DNA from: a virus
DNA: 64,000 nt
Virus record (IMG/VR): IMGVR_UViG_3300046167_000733
Location: 32,001 to 96,000 of that record
Direction: 5' to 3' (one strand)
Each line of letters opens with the position of its first letter. Within the stretch, counting starts at the first letter, position 1. Both the position numbers and the translations under genes were made by a program. This document shows, one piece after another, positions 29,037-39,673 of the stretch. The notes under the pieces are model-generated. The model did not search any database. It saw nothing but the letters and a program-made list of their open reading frames with translations, and was not told the origin of the DNA.

Positions 29037-30863
29037 ATGGCAACAACAATAAATTCAACAGACTTAGATTTTGATTCAATAAAAAATAATCTTAAGACTT
29101 CTCTTCAAAATTCTGGAGAGTTCAATGATTATAACTTTGAAGCATCGGGTCTGTCAAGTATATTAGATGTACTTGCATACAACACACACTATAATGGTCT
29201 TATCGCAAACTTTGCATTAAACGAATCCTTCTTGAGTACTGCACAACTTAGAAGTTCTGTACTTTCTCTTGCAGAAGGTATCGGATATGTTCCGAGTTCA
29301 AGAACTTCACCTCAAGCACTCGTAAACCTATCATTAAATTTGAGTGGAGTATCAGGTAGACCTTCAACCATTCAAATAAACGATGGGTTTAAATTTAATT
29401 CAAGTGTTGATGAGATAAACTATGTGTTTCAAACACGAGAAGATTTAACTGCAACTGATGATGGTAATGGAATATATTCTTTCAAAGATGTATCAGGAAG
29501 TGCTGATATAAAAATACTTGAAGGTACACTAAGAACTAAAACTTTCCTTGCATTGAAATCATTAGACAATCCTATATATGTCATACCCGATAAGAACCTA
29601 GACATATCAACTACTATAGTGAGGGTTTTTGAATCACCGTCCTCTTCTTCCTTTGTTACATATGGTAACTTACAGAACGCAAGAACAATAAACGAAAACT
29701 CTACATTGTATATATTAAGAGAAGCACCAAATGGTTTTTATGAATTATCTTTTGGTAATGGTGTTACATTAGGTAAAGCACCTTCTGTTGGTAGTAAGAT
29801 AGAAGTAGAATATCTTTCTAGTGCAGGAACACTTGCAAATACTGCAAAGATATTCTCACCACAAAACTCAATAACAATAAACTCTGTGAACTATCCTGTA
29901 ACGACATCTACTGTATCAAATGCTATTGGTGGTAATGCAAAAGAAACTATAGAGAGTATTCGTAAAAATGCCCCATTCCAATATGCATCACAGAACAGAA
30001 TGGTAACTGCAAGTGACTATGCTTCATTGATACTTAAGAACTATTCTACTTTCATAAGTGATATACAATCCTTTGGTGGAGAAGATGCTCTTGAACCAGA
30101 ATATGGTACAGTATTTGTTTCAATACTTTTCAATGATGATGTTGATGCCGCAACGCAACAAAATATAAAAGACGAGATACTACAATTATCAGACGAGTTG
30201 TCGGTAGCATCATTCAGTACTAAGTTTGAAGACCCTATCACAACATTCGTTGAAGCGCAAACATTCTTTCAATTCAATGATAACCTTACTACACTCGCAA
30301 GAAACACAATACAGAATGATGTAAATAGTGTTATCACAACTTACTTTACAAACAACACAGGTAAGTTTAATCAGTCATTCAGAAGGTCAAATTTATTATC
30401 ATTAGTAGATGCTACAAGTTCTGCAGTATTATCTTCAAGACAAGATGTAAAATTACAAAGAAGGTTTACACCAACTTTGACTGCAGTACAAGACCATAAG
30501 TTAAGATATGCCGCACCCCTTGCAACACCCGATGATATTCACTACAGAGTTACAAGTGACCAATTTACTTTTGGTGGTAATGCATGTATATTGAGAAACA
30601 AATTAAACACAAACAAACTAGAAGTGTTTGATACGGCACAAAATGTTGTTGTAGTAGATAATGTTGGAGATTACTCTGGAGACACTATCAATATAATAGG
30701 TCTAAGAGTTGATGCAATATTAGGTGGAAATGGTTTCGTTAAATTAAGTGCAACTCCTGCAAACCAGAGTGCTATTGCTCCACTAAGACAAGATGTTATT
30801 AGACTTGACGGAGATAAGTCATTCACTTCAATCGTTGATGTAGCAGATGGGGTTATTAGTTAA
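29037..30863 (+). CDS. gp6: baseplate wedge subunit
   Basis: DLDFDSIK, DYNFEASGLS..LDVLAYNTHY, NESFL.TAQLRSS, QNRMVTASDY. Confidence 0.95.
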   Translation: MATTINSTDLDFDSIKNNLKTSLQNSGEFNDYNFEASGLSSILDVLAYNTHYNGLIANFALNESFLSTAQLRSSVLSLAEGIGYVPSSRTSPQALVNLSLNLSGVSGRPSTIQINDGFKFNSSVDEINYVFQTREDLTATDDGNGIYSFKDVSGSADIKILEGTLRTKTFLALKSLDNPIYVIPDKNLDISTTIVRVFESPSSSSFVTYGNLQNARTINENSTLYILREAPNGFYELSFGNGVTLGKAPSVGSKIEVEYLSSAGTLANTAKIFSPQNSITINSVNYPVTTSTVSNAIGGNAKETIESIRKNAPFQYASQNRMVTASDYASLILKNYSTFISDIQSFGGEDALEPEYGTVFVSILFNDDVDAATQQNIKDEILQLSDELSVASFSTKFEDPITTFVEAQTFFQFNDNLTTLARNTIQNDVNSVITTYFTNNTGKFNQSFRRSNLLSLVDATSSAVLSSRQDVKLQRRFTPTLTAVQDHKLRYAAPLATPDDIHYRVTSDQFTFGGNACILRNKLNTNKLEVFDTAQNVVVVDNVGDYSGDTINIIGLRVDAILGGNGFVKLSATPANQSAIAPLRQDVIRLDGDKSFTSIVDVADGVIS

Positions 30864-31843
30864 TGCCTCACAATAACGATAATACTCTCAAGGATTTAAA
30901 CCGACGTAACCTTGCGTTCGGTAAGTATTCTGTAAAGGAAATTCTTCCAGAATTTTTCCGTACAGAGTATCCTAAACTAATTACATTACTTGATGAGTAT
31001 TATCATTTTGAGAAGTCAGGTGATTCTCCTTCTAAACTTGTCGATGAACTCTTTCTCAGTAGAGATATAACACAGAATGACCTTGACTTACTTACCTTTA
31101 TTGAAGATGAGTTATTGTTAGGTCAGTCTTTCTTTGAGGGTTTCCAAGATAAACGCGCGGCATCAAAATACTCTAATGTATTGTTTAGGTCAAAAGGCAC
31201 AAAGTATTCTATACAACAATTCTTCAGAACATTCTTTGGTATAGACCCCGATATTGTATATACAAAGACTCAAGTATTCAATGTAGGTGATGATATTGGT
31301 GCTGAGAGTCAGAAGTTTATTACTGACAACAAGTTGTATCAGAAACACGCAATACTTATCAGGTCAGAACTTGAGCAGAATACATGGAAAGATGCTTACA
31401 AACTCTTTGTTCACCCTGCAGGAACATTCTTAGGTTCAGAGATACAAATAGTCAGTAGTGTTGTTGATACAGTTATTGCTCCAAATGTTATTATCCAAGA
31501 ACCCGCACCAATCGCGGTATCAAGTGTTGCTAATCTATCACCACTCGCGTTTATTGACCACACATCACTTGTAAATGATTTCAATACTGACTCTTCAGGA
31601 ATACTCAGTAGGATAAGACCAGAACTTGCTAATCCAAGTGAGTTCTCAACGTTCACATTACAAGAGATAAATAATCAGTATGGAAGTTTGCGTGAAGCAC
31701 AGATTGCATCATCACCAACCTTTGATGATTCAGACCAAGACTTCTCAAACAACTTCTCATTCGAAACACTAGACCAAGGAAGACATGTATTTTATAGTTC
31801 AGACTCTGACCAATATTTATTAAATCTTGGACATCTCGGTTAA
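30863..31843 (+). CDS. gp7: baseplate wedge protein (short gp7-like)
   Basis: LPEFF..EYP.L..LL..YY, RSKGT..SI..FFR..FG, HPAG. Confidence 0.7.
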   Translation: MPHNNDNTLKDLNRRNLAFGKYSVKEILPEFFRTEYPKLITLLDEYYHFEKSGDSPSKLVDELFLSRDITQNDLDLLTFIEDELLLGQSFFEGFQDKRAASKYSNVLFRSKGTKYSIQQFFRTFFGIDPDIVYTKTQVFNVGDDIGAESQKFITDNKLYQKHAILIRSELEQNTWKDAYKLFVHPAGTFLGSEIQIVSSVVDTVIAPNVIIQEPAPIAVSSVANLSPLAFIDHTSLVNDFNTDSSGILSRIRPELANPSEFSTFTLQEINNQYGSLREAQIASSPTFDDSDQDFSNNFSFETLDQGRHVFYSSDSDQYLLNLGHLG

Positions 31844-31850
31844 AAAAGTA

Positions 31851-31858
31851 TATAAATA
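31851..31858 (+). promoter_or_regulatory. late promoter
   Basis: TATAAATA upstream of 31883. Confidence 0.8.
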
Positions 31859-31882
31859 GAATAAAGAATTAGGATAATATAA

Positions 31883-32908
31883 ATGGCAAAACAAACATTA
31901 AATAAGGGAAGTTCTGCGAACGACGGTACAGGTGATACACTTCGTGCAGGTGCGCAAAAGATTAATGAGAACTTCACTGAACTCTATGGTATATTAGGAG
32001 GTAACTCTCTTAACTCAGGTATCTCTTTTGATGCAACCACAAAGGGTCTCATCTTTGAAGGTTCTTCTGCCGATGACCACGAGACATTTCTTGTTCCTAC
32101 AAACGCAACTGCAGATAGAACGATTACTCTTCCAAACCTTACAGGAACAGTATCTCTTATTACGGCAACAGAAACACTCACAAACAAAACACTTACGACT
32201 CCTACATTAACTAATCCTATATTAAGTCCTACTGCAACTACTGCGGGTAAGATAGAATTCTTAGAAGGTACAAACAACGGAACAAACAAGGCAACTCTGA
32301 TTGGACCTGCTTCAACTGCAGACGTAACCATAACCCTACCCGCGACAACAGATACATTAGTTGCTAGGACAACAACAGATACACTTACTAATAAGACACT
32401 TACGACCCCTGTGTTAACAGCACCCAAAGTTACAACAAGTATAAATGACGCGAATAATAATGAAATAATAGAGACCCCTGCAACAGGAAGTGCAGTAAAT
32501 CATTTCAAACTTACAAATGCCGCAACAGGTAATAATGTTACATTAGAAGCAACAGGTTCAGATACTAATGTTGGACTCAATGTTACGAGTAAGGGAACAG
32601 GACTTGTTACAGTAACAACAGGTGTTGCGTTTTCAGAAATAGTACAAACTGCAAATGGTGCGGTATCTCTTGTTAAGACCGTAACAGTATTCAATAAAGG
32701 TTCTGCTCTTGCCGCAACACTTGCAAACGGAACAGTTGTAGGACAACTAAAAATACTTACAAACAAAGGTGCAGGGGCGGCAACAACAACTCCTGCAAAC
32801 TTTGGGGCGGGAACAACAATCGCAATAGCACAACACAAGACCGCAACATTATTGTGGGACGGAACTAACTGGCAAATACAATCAACTTATGGTGGAACGG
32901 TAGCATAA
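31883..32908 (+). CDS. baseplate/fibre connector with T4 gp9/gp10 N-terminal domain
   Basis: MAKQ.LN.G..ANDGTGDTLR....KINENF.ELY; TLTNKTLT repeats. Confidence 0.8.
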   Translation: MAKQTLNKGSSANDGTGDTLRAGAQKINENFTELYGILGGNSLNSGISFDATTKGLIFEGSSADDHETFLVPTNATADRTITLPNLTGTVSLITATETLTNKTLTTPTLTNPILSPTATTAGKIEFLEGTNNGTNKATLIGPASTADVTITLPATTDTLVARTTTDTLTNKTLTTPVLTAPKVTTSINDANNNEIIETPATGSAVNHFKLTNAATGNNVTLEATGSDTNVGLNVTSKGTGLVTVTTGVAFSEIVQTANGAVSLVKTVTVFNKGSALAATLANGTVVGQLKILTNKGAGAATTTPANFGAGTTIAIAQHKTATLLWDGTNWQIQSTYGGTVA

Positions 32909-32909
32909 A

Positions 32910-34268
32910 ATGGCAATAGTAACAAATAAATTAAAAAGAGAGATGGTTCAATTATTATTGAATAATTTTAATGACTCTGCATCTAATCATTACTTTATTG
33001 GTATTGGTAAATCAGATGAATGGAACTCAACTGACACTGCACCCACTGCAGAAAGTCAAGATGTTGAAGGAAGATTGTTTAGAAACTCACTTCAGTCTGT
33101 AAAGAAAGTTGCAGATATATCTTTTGTTGTTCCTCGTTACAATTGGAGTTCAGGAACAATATATTCACCATACAACGACAAGCAAGTTGGATACCCAACA
33201 CAATCTTATTATGTAATGAATGACAACAATCAAGTTTATGTTTGTATACAACAACCTAAAAATAACGAGGGTGTAGGACAACCTTCTACAGTACAACCTT
33301 CTGGTAATACGACAGGTACTACATTTATAACAGCAGATGATTATGCATGGAAGTTTTTATATTCTATCTCTGCATTAGATGCCTCTAAGTATATTGCCGC
33401 TAACTTTATACCTGTTAAGAAACAAATAGGTTCAGGAAGTCAGGCATCAGATACAGAACAACTTGCCGCCCAGAATGCCGCAGTCTTTGGAGAGATAATA
33501 GGATATTCTGTTGAGTCTGGTGGAGCAGGATATGGTTCTACTCCGACATTGACCGTTGTTGGTAATGGTACTAAGGCAAAGGCAACTGCAACTATAAGTG
33601 GTGGTATTGTAACAAGAGTTGAAGTAGATGATAGTGCATCAACACTCACACTAGGTTCAGGATACACTAATGCTATCGTCACACAAGCAGGTGGGTCACC
33701 CACTAAACCTGCAAAGATAAGACCTATATTTGCATCTAAAGGTGGTATGGGTTCAGACCCAAGACAAGACCTAAGAGCAAATGGTATTATGCTTGCAATA
33801 AAACCAGACGGAGCAGAAGGTAGTGGAGACTTTATAGTAGGAAACGATTTCCGTCAAGTAGGTCTATTAAGAAATGTAACTGCTGATAGTGACAATGGTA
33901 CATTATTTACAGGTGCAACAGGACTTGCATTAGACCAATTACAGTTTGCTTCTGTATCAAGTGGGTTCACTGCAGACAAAACTATAGTAGGTGGAACTTC
34001 AGGTGCAAAGGGACTTATAGATAAAGTAGACTCAACAAAAGTATGGTATCACCAGAATGATGATACAGGTTACACAAGTTTCGGTGCGACTGAAGCAGTA
34101 ACTGAATTAGATGGTAATGGTGCAGGTGCACTTGATAGTGCGGGTGCATATCTTGTAAGTTCAGAGGTTTCAAGAATCACTGGAGACTTATTATATATAG
34201 ATAATAGGGCGGCAGTAACTCGTGCCGCAGACCAAAAAGAAGACATTAAAATAGTAATACAAATTTAG
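32910..34268 (+). CDS. gp8: baseplate wedge subunit
   Basis: VVPRYNWSSGTIY, YYVMN....VYVC, D.YAWKFLY, NDFRQVGLL, GDLLYIDNR....R..DQKEDIKIVIQ. Confidence 0.9.
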   Translation: MAIVTNKLKREMVQLLLNNFNDSASNHYFIGIGKSDEWNSTDTAPTAESQDVEGRLFRNSLQSVKKVADISFVVPRYNWSSGTIYSPYNDKQVGYPTQSYYVMNDNNQVYVCIQQPKNNEGVGQPSTVQPSGNTTGTTFITADDYAWKFLYSISALDASKYIAANFIPVKKQIGSGSQASDTEQLAAQNAAVFGEIIGYSVESGGAGYGSTPTLTVVGNGTKAKATATISGGIVTRVEVDDSASTLTLGSGYTNAIVTQAGGSPTKPAKIRPIFASKGGMGSDPRQDLRANGIMLAIKPDGAEGSGDFIVGNDFRQVGLLRNVTADSDNGTLFTGATGLALDQLQFASVSSGFTADKTIVGGTSGAKGLIDKVDSTKVWYHQNDDTGYTSFGATEAVTELDGNGAGALDSAGAYLVSSEVSRITGDLLYIDNRAAVTRAADQKEDIKIVIQI

Positions 34269-34280
34269 GACAGTAACCTC

Positions 34281-37200
34281 ATGACAAACACATTTACCTC
34301 AAATGTCTTTTCTTCTACTTATAAAGACGATTTCCTTGATAGTGATAACTATCATCGCATATTGTTTAATAGTGGTAGAGCGTTACAGGCACGAGAACTC
34401 ACCCAAATGCAGACAATTATCCAAGAGGAGATTGCAAGGTTTGGTAGAAACATATTTAAAGATGGTGCGGCAGTAAACCCAGGTGGTCCATCTATAATGA
34501 ATGACTACGAGTTTGTTAAACTTAATACAGAAACAAACACATTACCCGTAGACACATCAACACTTGTAGGAACAGAATTTACAGGTGCAAGTTCAACGGT
34601 TAAAGCAAGAGTTGTAGAGGTTGTTGCCTCAACAGGGTCAGACCCCGCAACACTTTATGTTCAGTATACAAATACTTCAGGTGGTGCAACAGGTGCAACC
34701 CCTGTTCGTTTCGTTGCAGGTGAAGTTGTTGGTAACGGAAGTATAAACCTTACAGTACAATCAACAAATACTGCAAGTAACCCTGCTATAGGTGTCGGTT
34801 GTAAAATTAACAATGCGGCAGGAGACTTCTTTGTAAGAGGACACTTTGTATTTGTAAAACCACAAGGACTTATACTTTCCAAATATTCAAATAATGTTAC
34901 TAAGGTTGTTGGTTTCAAAATAACAGAAGACATTATAACTGCAACAGATGATAGTGCTTTATACGACAATCAGGGTGCAACACCTAATGTGACAAGTGCA
35001 GGTGCAGACAGATATCGTATCGCACTTGTTTTAACAACACAAGACTTAATCGCATCAGATGAGAACTTTGTATTCTATTGTAAAGTAGTAGATGGAAAGA
35101 TTGTTGACCAAGTATCAGGTACAGATGATTACAACAAAATAAATGACCTTCTTGCAGAAAGAACAAAAGAAGAATCAGGAAACTATATTGCTAATAGATT
35201 TAAGTCAAACTTAAAAGATAGTGCCTCAAGTCACATTCTTGGTATATCTGATGGTATTGCATATGTTAATGGTTATCGTGCAGAAAACCCTGCTCCTATA
35301 TCTTTAATAATACCAAAACCAAGAACAACTACTACAATCAATAACGATGTAGCACCTATTTCATATGGTTCATACTTTATATGTTCTACACTCAAGGGTA
35401 ATTTAAATGTATCTGCATTTGCTTCTGTGAACTTATCCACACATGCAAGTAACCCAAGTGGTAGTGTTGTTGGTACTGCAAAAGTAAGATATGTAGAAAA
35501 AGACGGAAGTAATCACAAAGTATATCTCTTTGATATCAAAATGAATAGTGGTATTAAATTGAGTAGTGTTAAGACAGTTGGTACAGGTTCTGCAGATGTT
35601 GGTATTATTGCTTTAGAAAATAGTAAAGCAGTTCTCAAAGAAGCAAATAAAACGAACCTTGTATATACGACTTCCAAAGCAAGACCTTCAAATATTACTG
35701 ATGTATCTTTTGAGGTACAAAGAATTAAAACAGGGACATCATCGGGTACAGGTACACTTACAATAGGAGGACTTGGTACAGGTGAGACCTATACTAATAC
35801 AGGTCAAGTGATTGCAACTGTTGATTCTTCAGGTGCTGTTGTTACTCCTTCAAGTATAACAGGTGGTTCTTCACTTGTGTTTGCAGGATTACCTACATCA
35901 AGTGCGATGACATTCTATACAAAAGTAAATAAATCAGCACCAAGTGTAAGACAAAAAACACTTAGTGCTACTTTATTACATAGTGCAGTAATTGAGTCCG
36001 ATGGGACAGGGGTAAGGTTCATAGACTTACACGCAACAGATTTACATAAAGTAAGTGCAGTATACGCCGCTGATAGTTCAGATTTATCTTCAAGATTTAG
36101 TATTGACAATGGTCAACGCGCAAGTCATTATGCAAATGCTCGTTTGGTTGTTCAAGACGGTGCAACTCCACCTTCAGGAGATGTGATTGTAAAGTATCAA
36201 CACTTCACACATGGTGCAGGTGACTTCTTCTCAGTCAACTCTTATGATGGTCAAGTAGACTATGAGAATATTCCAACTTACAATGTTAACTCAAGAACTT
36301 CAGTAAATCTCAGAGATGTTATTGACTTCCGTTCTTCAGTAGACTCTGCAGGAACATTCACAGGTTCAGGGGCGGCATTAAACGAGATACCAACTAATGG
36401 CGACACTTTCCAAGGCGACATAACATACTACTTACCAAGAAAAGATAAAGTCGTTATTACAACACAGGGTATAGTTAAAAATATTCAAGGCGATGCAGGA
36501 TTTCAATCACAAATACCTCCAACACCAGAAAACACTCTTGCATTATTTGAACTAGAGCATAATGCATATGGACTACATGATAGTGATACTGTTGTAAGAC
36601 CTATTGAGGCAAAACGATTCACTATGAAAGATATCTCTAAGTTAGAAAAAAGAGTAGACAAACTTGAAGAAGTTACTTCATTATCACTTCTAGAGGTTGA
36701 CACGAATGCATTACTTGTATTAGACTCTGCAGGTAATCCTCGTAGTAAGTCAGGTTTCTTTGTGGACAACTTTAGAAATCGTGCATTTGTAGATACACAA
36801 AACTTAGAGTATCGTGCCGCGATTGACCCATCACTTGGGTTTATGTCGCCTCAACAAAACACCGATAATGTTACACTAAGATATGACTCAGACTTATCTA
36901 CTAACACTATACTTAAAGGTGATACAGTATATATCAACCATACTCATGTTTCTGCAATCGCACAAACTAAAGTTTCTGGTACAGAAAATGTAAACCCATT
37001 TGGTGTTATAACAGGAATGGGTAACATAACATTATCACCTACTTCAGATGAATGGCAAGATACATTCTTCCAACCAGAGAATGTAATCAATCAAACTGCC
37101 GAAGAAAACTTAGGAGACCTCAATCAGGGGTTGACCTTTGGTACTAATGGTAACTTTGATTGGTCATCAAATAACTTTGTTCCTGTAACTGGATTTGGTC

Positions 37201-39464
37201 CCACAGTAATGAATATGTTAAATGGTTGGAACGGCACTACAATGTGGAACAGTCTTGGTGTTTCTACATTTGGAACAGTTAGAACTTTAAGTGGAAGACC
37301 CACAAACGCAAATCCTGTATTTGCTCAAAGTAATGTTTCAAGAGACCCCGATACACTAGGTCTTGGTGGTTTCTCAAATCGTATTGTTACAGGTAATAGA
37401 ACAGTAAGAGAAATTATTGAGGACAGAGAAGTTTCTTTAACATTCATACCTTTCATTCGTTCACGAAAATTATTCTTCAAAGCAGAAGGTTTAAGACCTA
37501 GTACAAGATACTATCCATTCTTTGATGGTACTGCAGTAGATAATTTTGTGAGAGAAGAAACTTTTGCTAGGTTCTCAACATCTACAAGTGGTGGTGTTGA
37601 ATATGGTAATGAGTTTAGAAATAATACTGCTCACCCACAGACATCTTCAACACTTGTATCAGATGTGAATGGTACTATAGAAGGTTCATTCTTTATCCCC
37701 TGTCAAGACGGTGAAGACGGCATAAAGTTCCGTACGGGTACACGAGAGTTTAAACTCCTTGATATAAACAAAAATGATGAGGCGGCGGCAACAGGTCGCG
37801 CTTCAATTAATTATGTAGCACAAGGTACATTATCAACTCGACAACAGACAGTAACATCAACTCGTATCACACAAATACGACCAAACATATCAGTACAACC
37901 AAGAGACCCTCTTGCGCAATCTTTCAGAGTTATAGACCCTGCAGGAATGTTTGTTACAAAAGTGGAATGTTTCTTTAGTACTAAGGATGCAAGTATTCCA
38001 ATCGAAATGCAAATAAGACCTCTTGTGAATGGTGCGCCATCTTCAACAGAAATTCTTGGAAATGCTATTAAGTTCTTGAATCCATCATCTGTCAACTTAC
38101 CTGCAGGACAAACTTCTGCAGAGGTACTTGCCGCACCAACAACATTTGAGTTTGATGAACCAATCTTCTTGAATCCTAATACAGAGTATGCTATTGTTCT
38201 TCTTGCAGAGTCAACAGACTATAATGCATATGTTGCAGAGACTTATGCCTTTGAACTTGGTTCAACAGAACTTCGTATTAATCGTCAACCTGCTATGGGT
38301 TCACTCTTTAAGTCACAGAATGGTTCTACATGGGAACCAGACCAAACAAAAGACTTGATGTTTAGAATATACAAAGCATCATTCGATACTACAGGTGGTA
38401 GTGCTGTATTTGAGAATACAGATGTTCAAGAAGAACTCGTTGTGAATAATGGTTTATATGCGGATAGTGGAGATGCGACGATTGTTGCCCTTATACCAAA
38501 TCATGGGTTCTCAGTAAACGATAAAGTTAATGTGTCGGGTCTTACTGCAGGAACACGATACAATGGTATATTAGGTTCATCTATAAATGGTGAAAACACG
38601 GTTACTCATGTAGATGGATTTGCAATTAAGTTTGAAGCAGATAGTGCCTCAACTTCTGCAGGTGCGTTTGGTGGTGCAGTTGTTAAGACTGACAAACAAG
38701 TTCAGTTTGATGGTGTCATACCTAATATCACTACTCTTATTCCCGACGATACAAGCGTATCATTTGGTGCGAAATTTACTACAGGTAAATCTCTTGCAGG
38801 TGGTGAAACAAAATATCAGAAAGATACCTCATACACAAATGATTTAAGTATCGGTGAAGAAAACTATTTTGTCAAACCTAAGTTAATTGCTTCACCTACA
38901 GAAGAGACTGCAGAACTAGGTTCAGGTGTTCGTTCCACAACATGGAAAGTTGACTTGAGTACAACTCGTGCAGATGTATCACCTATCGTAGATGTTCAGA
39001 GAGTTTCTCTAACAACCCTCAGTAATATGATTGACAATCAAGTTGCAAGTTCACCAACTGCGGGTGAAGAAAATGTTCCATTGACCTATGTTGCAGAGAC
39101 TACTGCTTTTGGTGGTTCTTCTCTTGCAAAACATATAACTTCAGTACAAGTATTAGAAGAAACTGCGGTTGGACTAAAAGTAATAGTTGGTGCATTAAGA
39201 CCTAGTGGTTCAAACTTTGACTTATATTTCAGAACTGCAAACGATGGTGAAGATATACTTGAGAAAACTTGGACACTTCAGACACAAGAACAATCTGTTC
39301 CTGCTGATAATAGAAACTTCCGTGAATATCGTTTCTTAATCGGTGGACAGGGTGGTGATGTTGCTGAGTTCACACAGTATCAATATAAGATTGTGATGCG
39401 TAGTAATAACTCTTCTGCGGTTCCATTATTCAGAGACTTCAGGTCTATTGCAATGGCAGTATAA
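34281..39464 (+). CDS. large virion structural protein (VrlC/DUF4815-like)
   Basis: YKDDF...NYHRILF..GRALQARELTQMQ, GADRY, RFTMKDI..LEKR, GFFVDNF, DPLAQSF, GSLFKSQNGSTW. Confidence 0.85.
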   Translation: MTNTFTSNVFSSTYKDDFLDSDNYHRILFNSGRALQARELTQMQTIIQEEIARFGRNIFKDGAAVNPGGPSIMNDYEFVKLNTETNTLPVDTSTLVGTEFTGASSTVKARVVEVVASTGSDPATLYVQYTNTSGGATGATPVRFVAGEVVGNGSINLTVQSTNTASNPAIGVGCKINNAAGDFFVRGHFVFVKPQGLILSKYSNNVTKVVGFKITEDIITATDDSALYDNQGATPNVTSAGADRYRIALVLTTQDLIASDENFVFYCKVVDGKIVDQVSGTDDYNKINDLLAERTKEESGNYIANRFKSNLKDSASSHILGISDGIAYVNGYRAENPAPISLIIPKPRTTTTINNDVAPISYGSYFICSTLKGNLNVSAFASVNLSTHASNPSGSVVGTAKVRYVEKDGSNHKVYLFDIKMNSGIKLSSVKTVGTGSADVGIIALENSKAVLKEANKTNLVYTTSKARPSNITDVSFEVQRIKTGTSSGTGTLTIGGLGTGETYTNTGQVIATVDSSGAVVTPSSITGGSSLVFAGLPTSSAMTFYTKVNKSAPSVRQKTLSATLLHSAVIESDGTGVRFIDLHATDLHKVSAVYAADSSDLSSRFSIDNGQRASHYANARLVVQDGATPPSGDVIVKYQHFTHGAGDFFSVNSYDGQVDYENIPTYNVNSRTSVNLRDVIDFRSSVDSAGTFTGSGAALNEIPTNGDTFQGDITYYLPRKDKVVITTQGIVKNIQGDAGFQSQIPPTPENTLALFELEHNAYGLHDSDTVVRPIEAKRFTMKDISKLEKRVDKLEEVTSLSLLEVDTNALLVLDSAGNPRSKSGFFVDNFRNRAFVDTQNLEYRAAIDPSLGFMSPQQNTDNVTLRYDSDLSTNTILKGDTVYINHTHVSAIAQTKVSGTENVNPFGVITGMGNITLSPTSDEWQDTFFQPENVINQTAEENLGDLNQGLTFGTNGNFDWSSNNFVPVTGFGPTVMNMLNGWNGTTMWNSLGVSTFGTVRTLSGRPTNANPVFAQSNVSRDPDTLGLGGFSNRIVTGNRTVREIIEDREVSLTFIPFIRSRKLFFKAEGLRPSTRYYPFFDGTAVDNFVREETFARFSTSTSGGVEYGNEFRNNTAHPQTSSTLVSDVNGTIEGSFFIPCQDGEDGIKFRTGTREFKLLDINKNDEAAATGRASINYVAQGTLSTRQQTVTSTRITQIRPNISVQPRDPLAQSFRVIDPAGMFVTKVECFFSTKDASIPIEMQIRPLVNGAPSSTEILGNAIKFLNPSSVNLPAGQTSAEVLAAPTTFEFDEPIFLNPNTEYAIVLLAESTDYNAYVAETYAFELGSTELRINRQPAMGSLFKSQNGSTWEPDQTKDLMFRIYKASFDTTGGSAVFENTDVQEELVVNNGLYADSGDATIVALIPNHGFSVNDKVNVSGLTAGTRYNGILGSSINGENTVTHVDGFAIKFEADSASTSAGAFGGAVVKTDKQVQFDGVIPNITTLIPDDTSVSFGAKFTTGKSLAGGETKYQKDTSYTNDLSIGEENYFVKPKLIASPTEETAELGSGVRSTTWKVDLSTTRADVSPIVDVQRVSLTTLSNMIDNQVASSPTAGEENVPLTYVAETTAFGGSSLAKHITSVQVLEETAVGLKVIVGALRPSGSNFDLYFRTANDGEDILEKTWTLQTQEQSVPADNRNFREYRFLIGGQGGDVAEFTQYQYKIVMRSNNSSAVPLFRDFRSIAMAV

Positions 39465-39673
39465 TGAAACCCAATCTGATAATGGTAGAAAATGGTGTAG
39501 GACTTGCTCGTGATGTGAGAACAGGTGGGATTATAAACATAAATAAAGAAGAGATACGAACTGCTCGCGAGAGAAAGAAACGAAGAAAACAAAAGGAAAA
39601 CGAGTTCGAACAACTCAAGACAGATGTCTCTGAGATGAAACAACTCTTAAACACTATAATAGAGAAACTATAA
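39464..39673 (+). CDS. small conserved coiled-coil protein
   Basis: LARD..TGGIIN...LKTDVSEMKQLL; usual neighbour of VrlC-like genes. Confidence 0.75.
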   Translation: MKPNLIMVENGVGLARDVRTGGIININKEEIRTARERKKRRKQKENEFEQLKTDVSEMKQLLNTIIEKL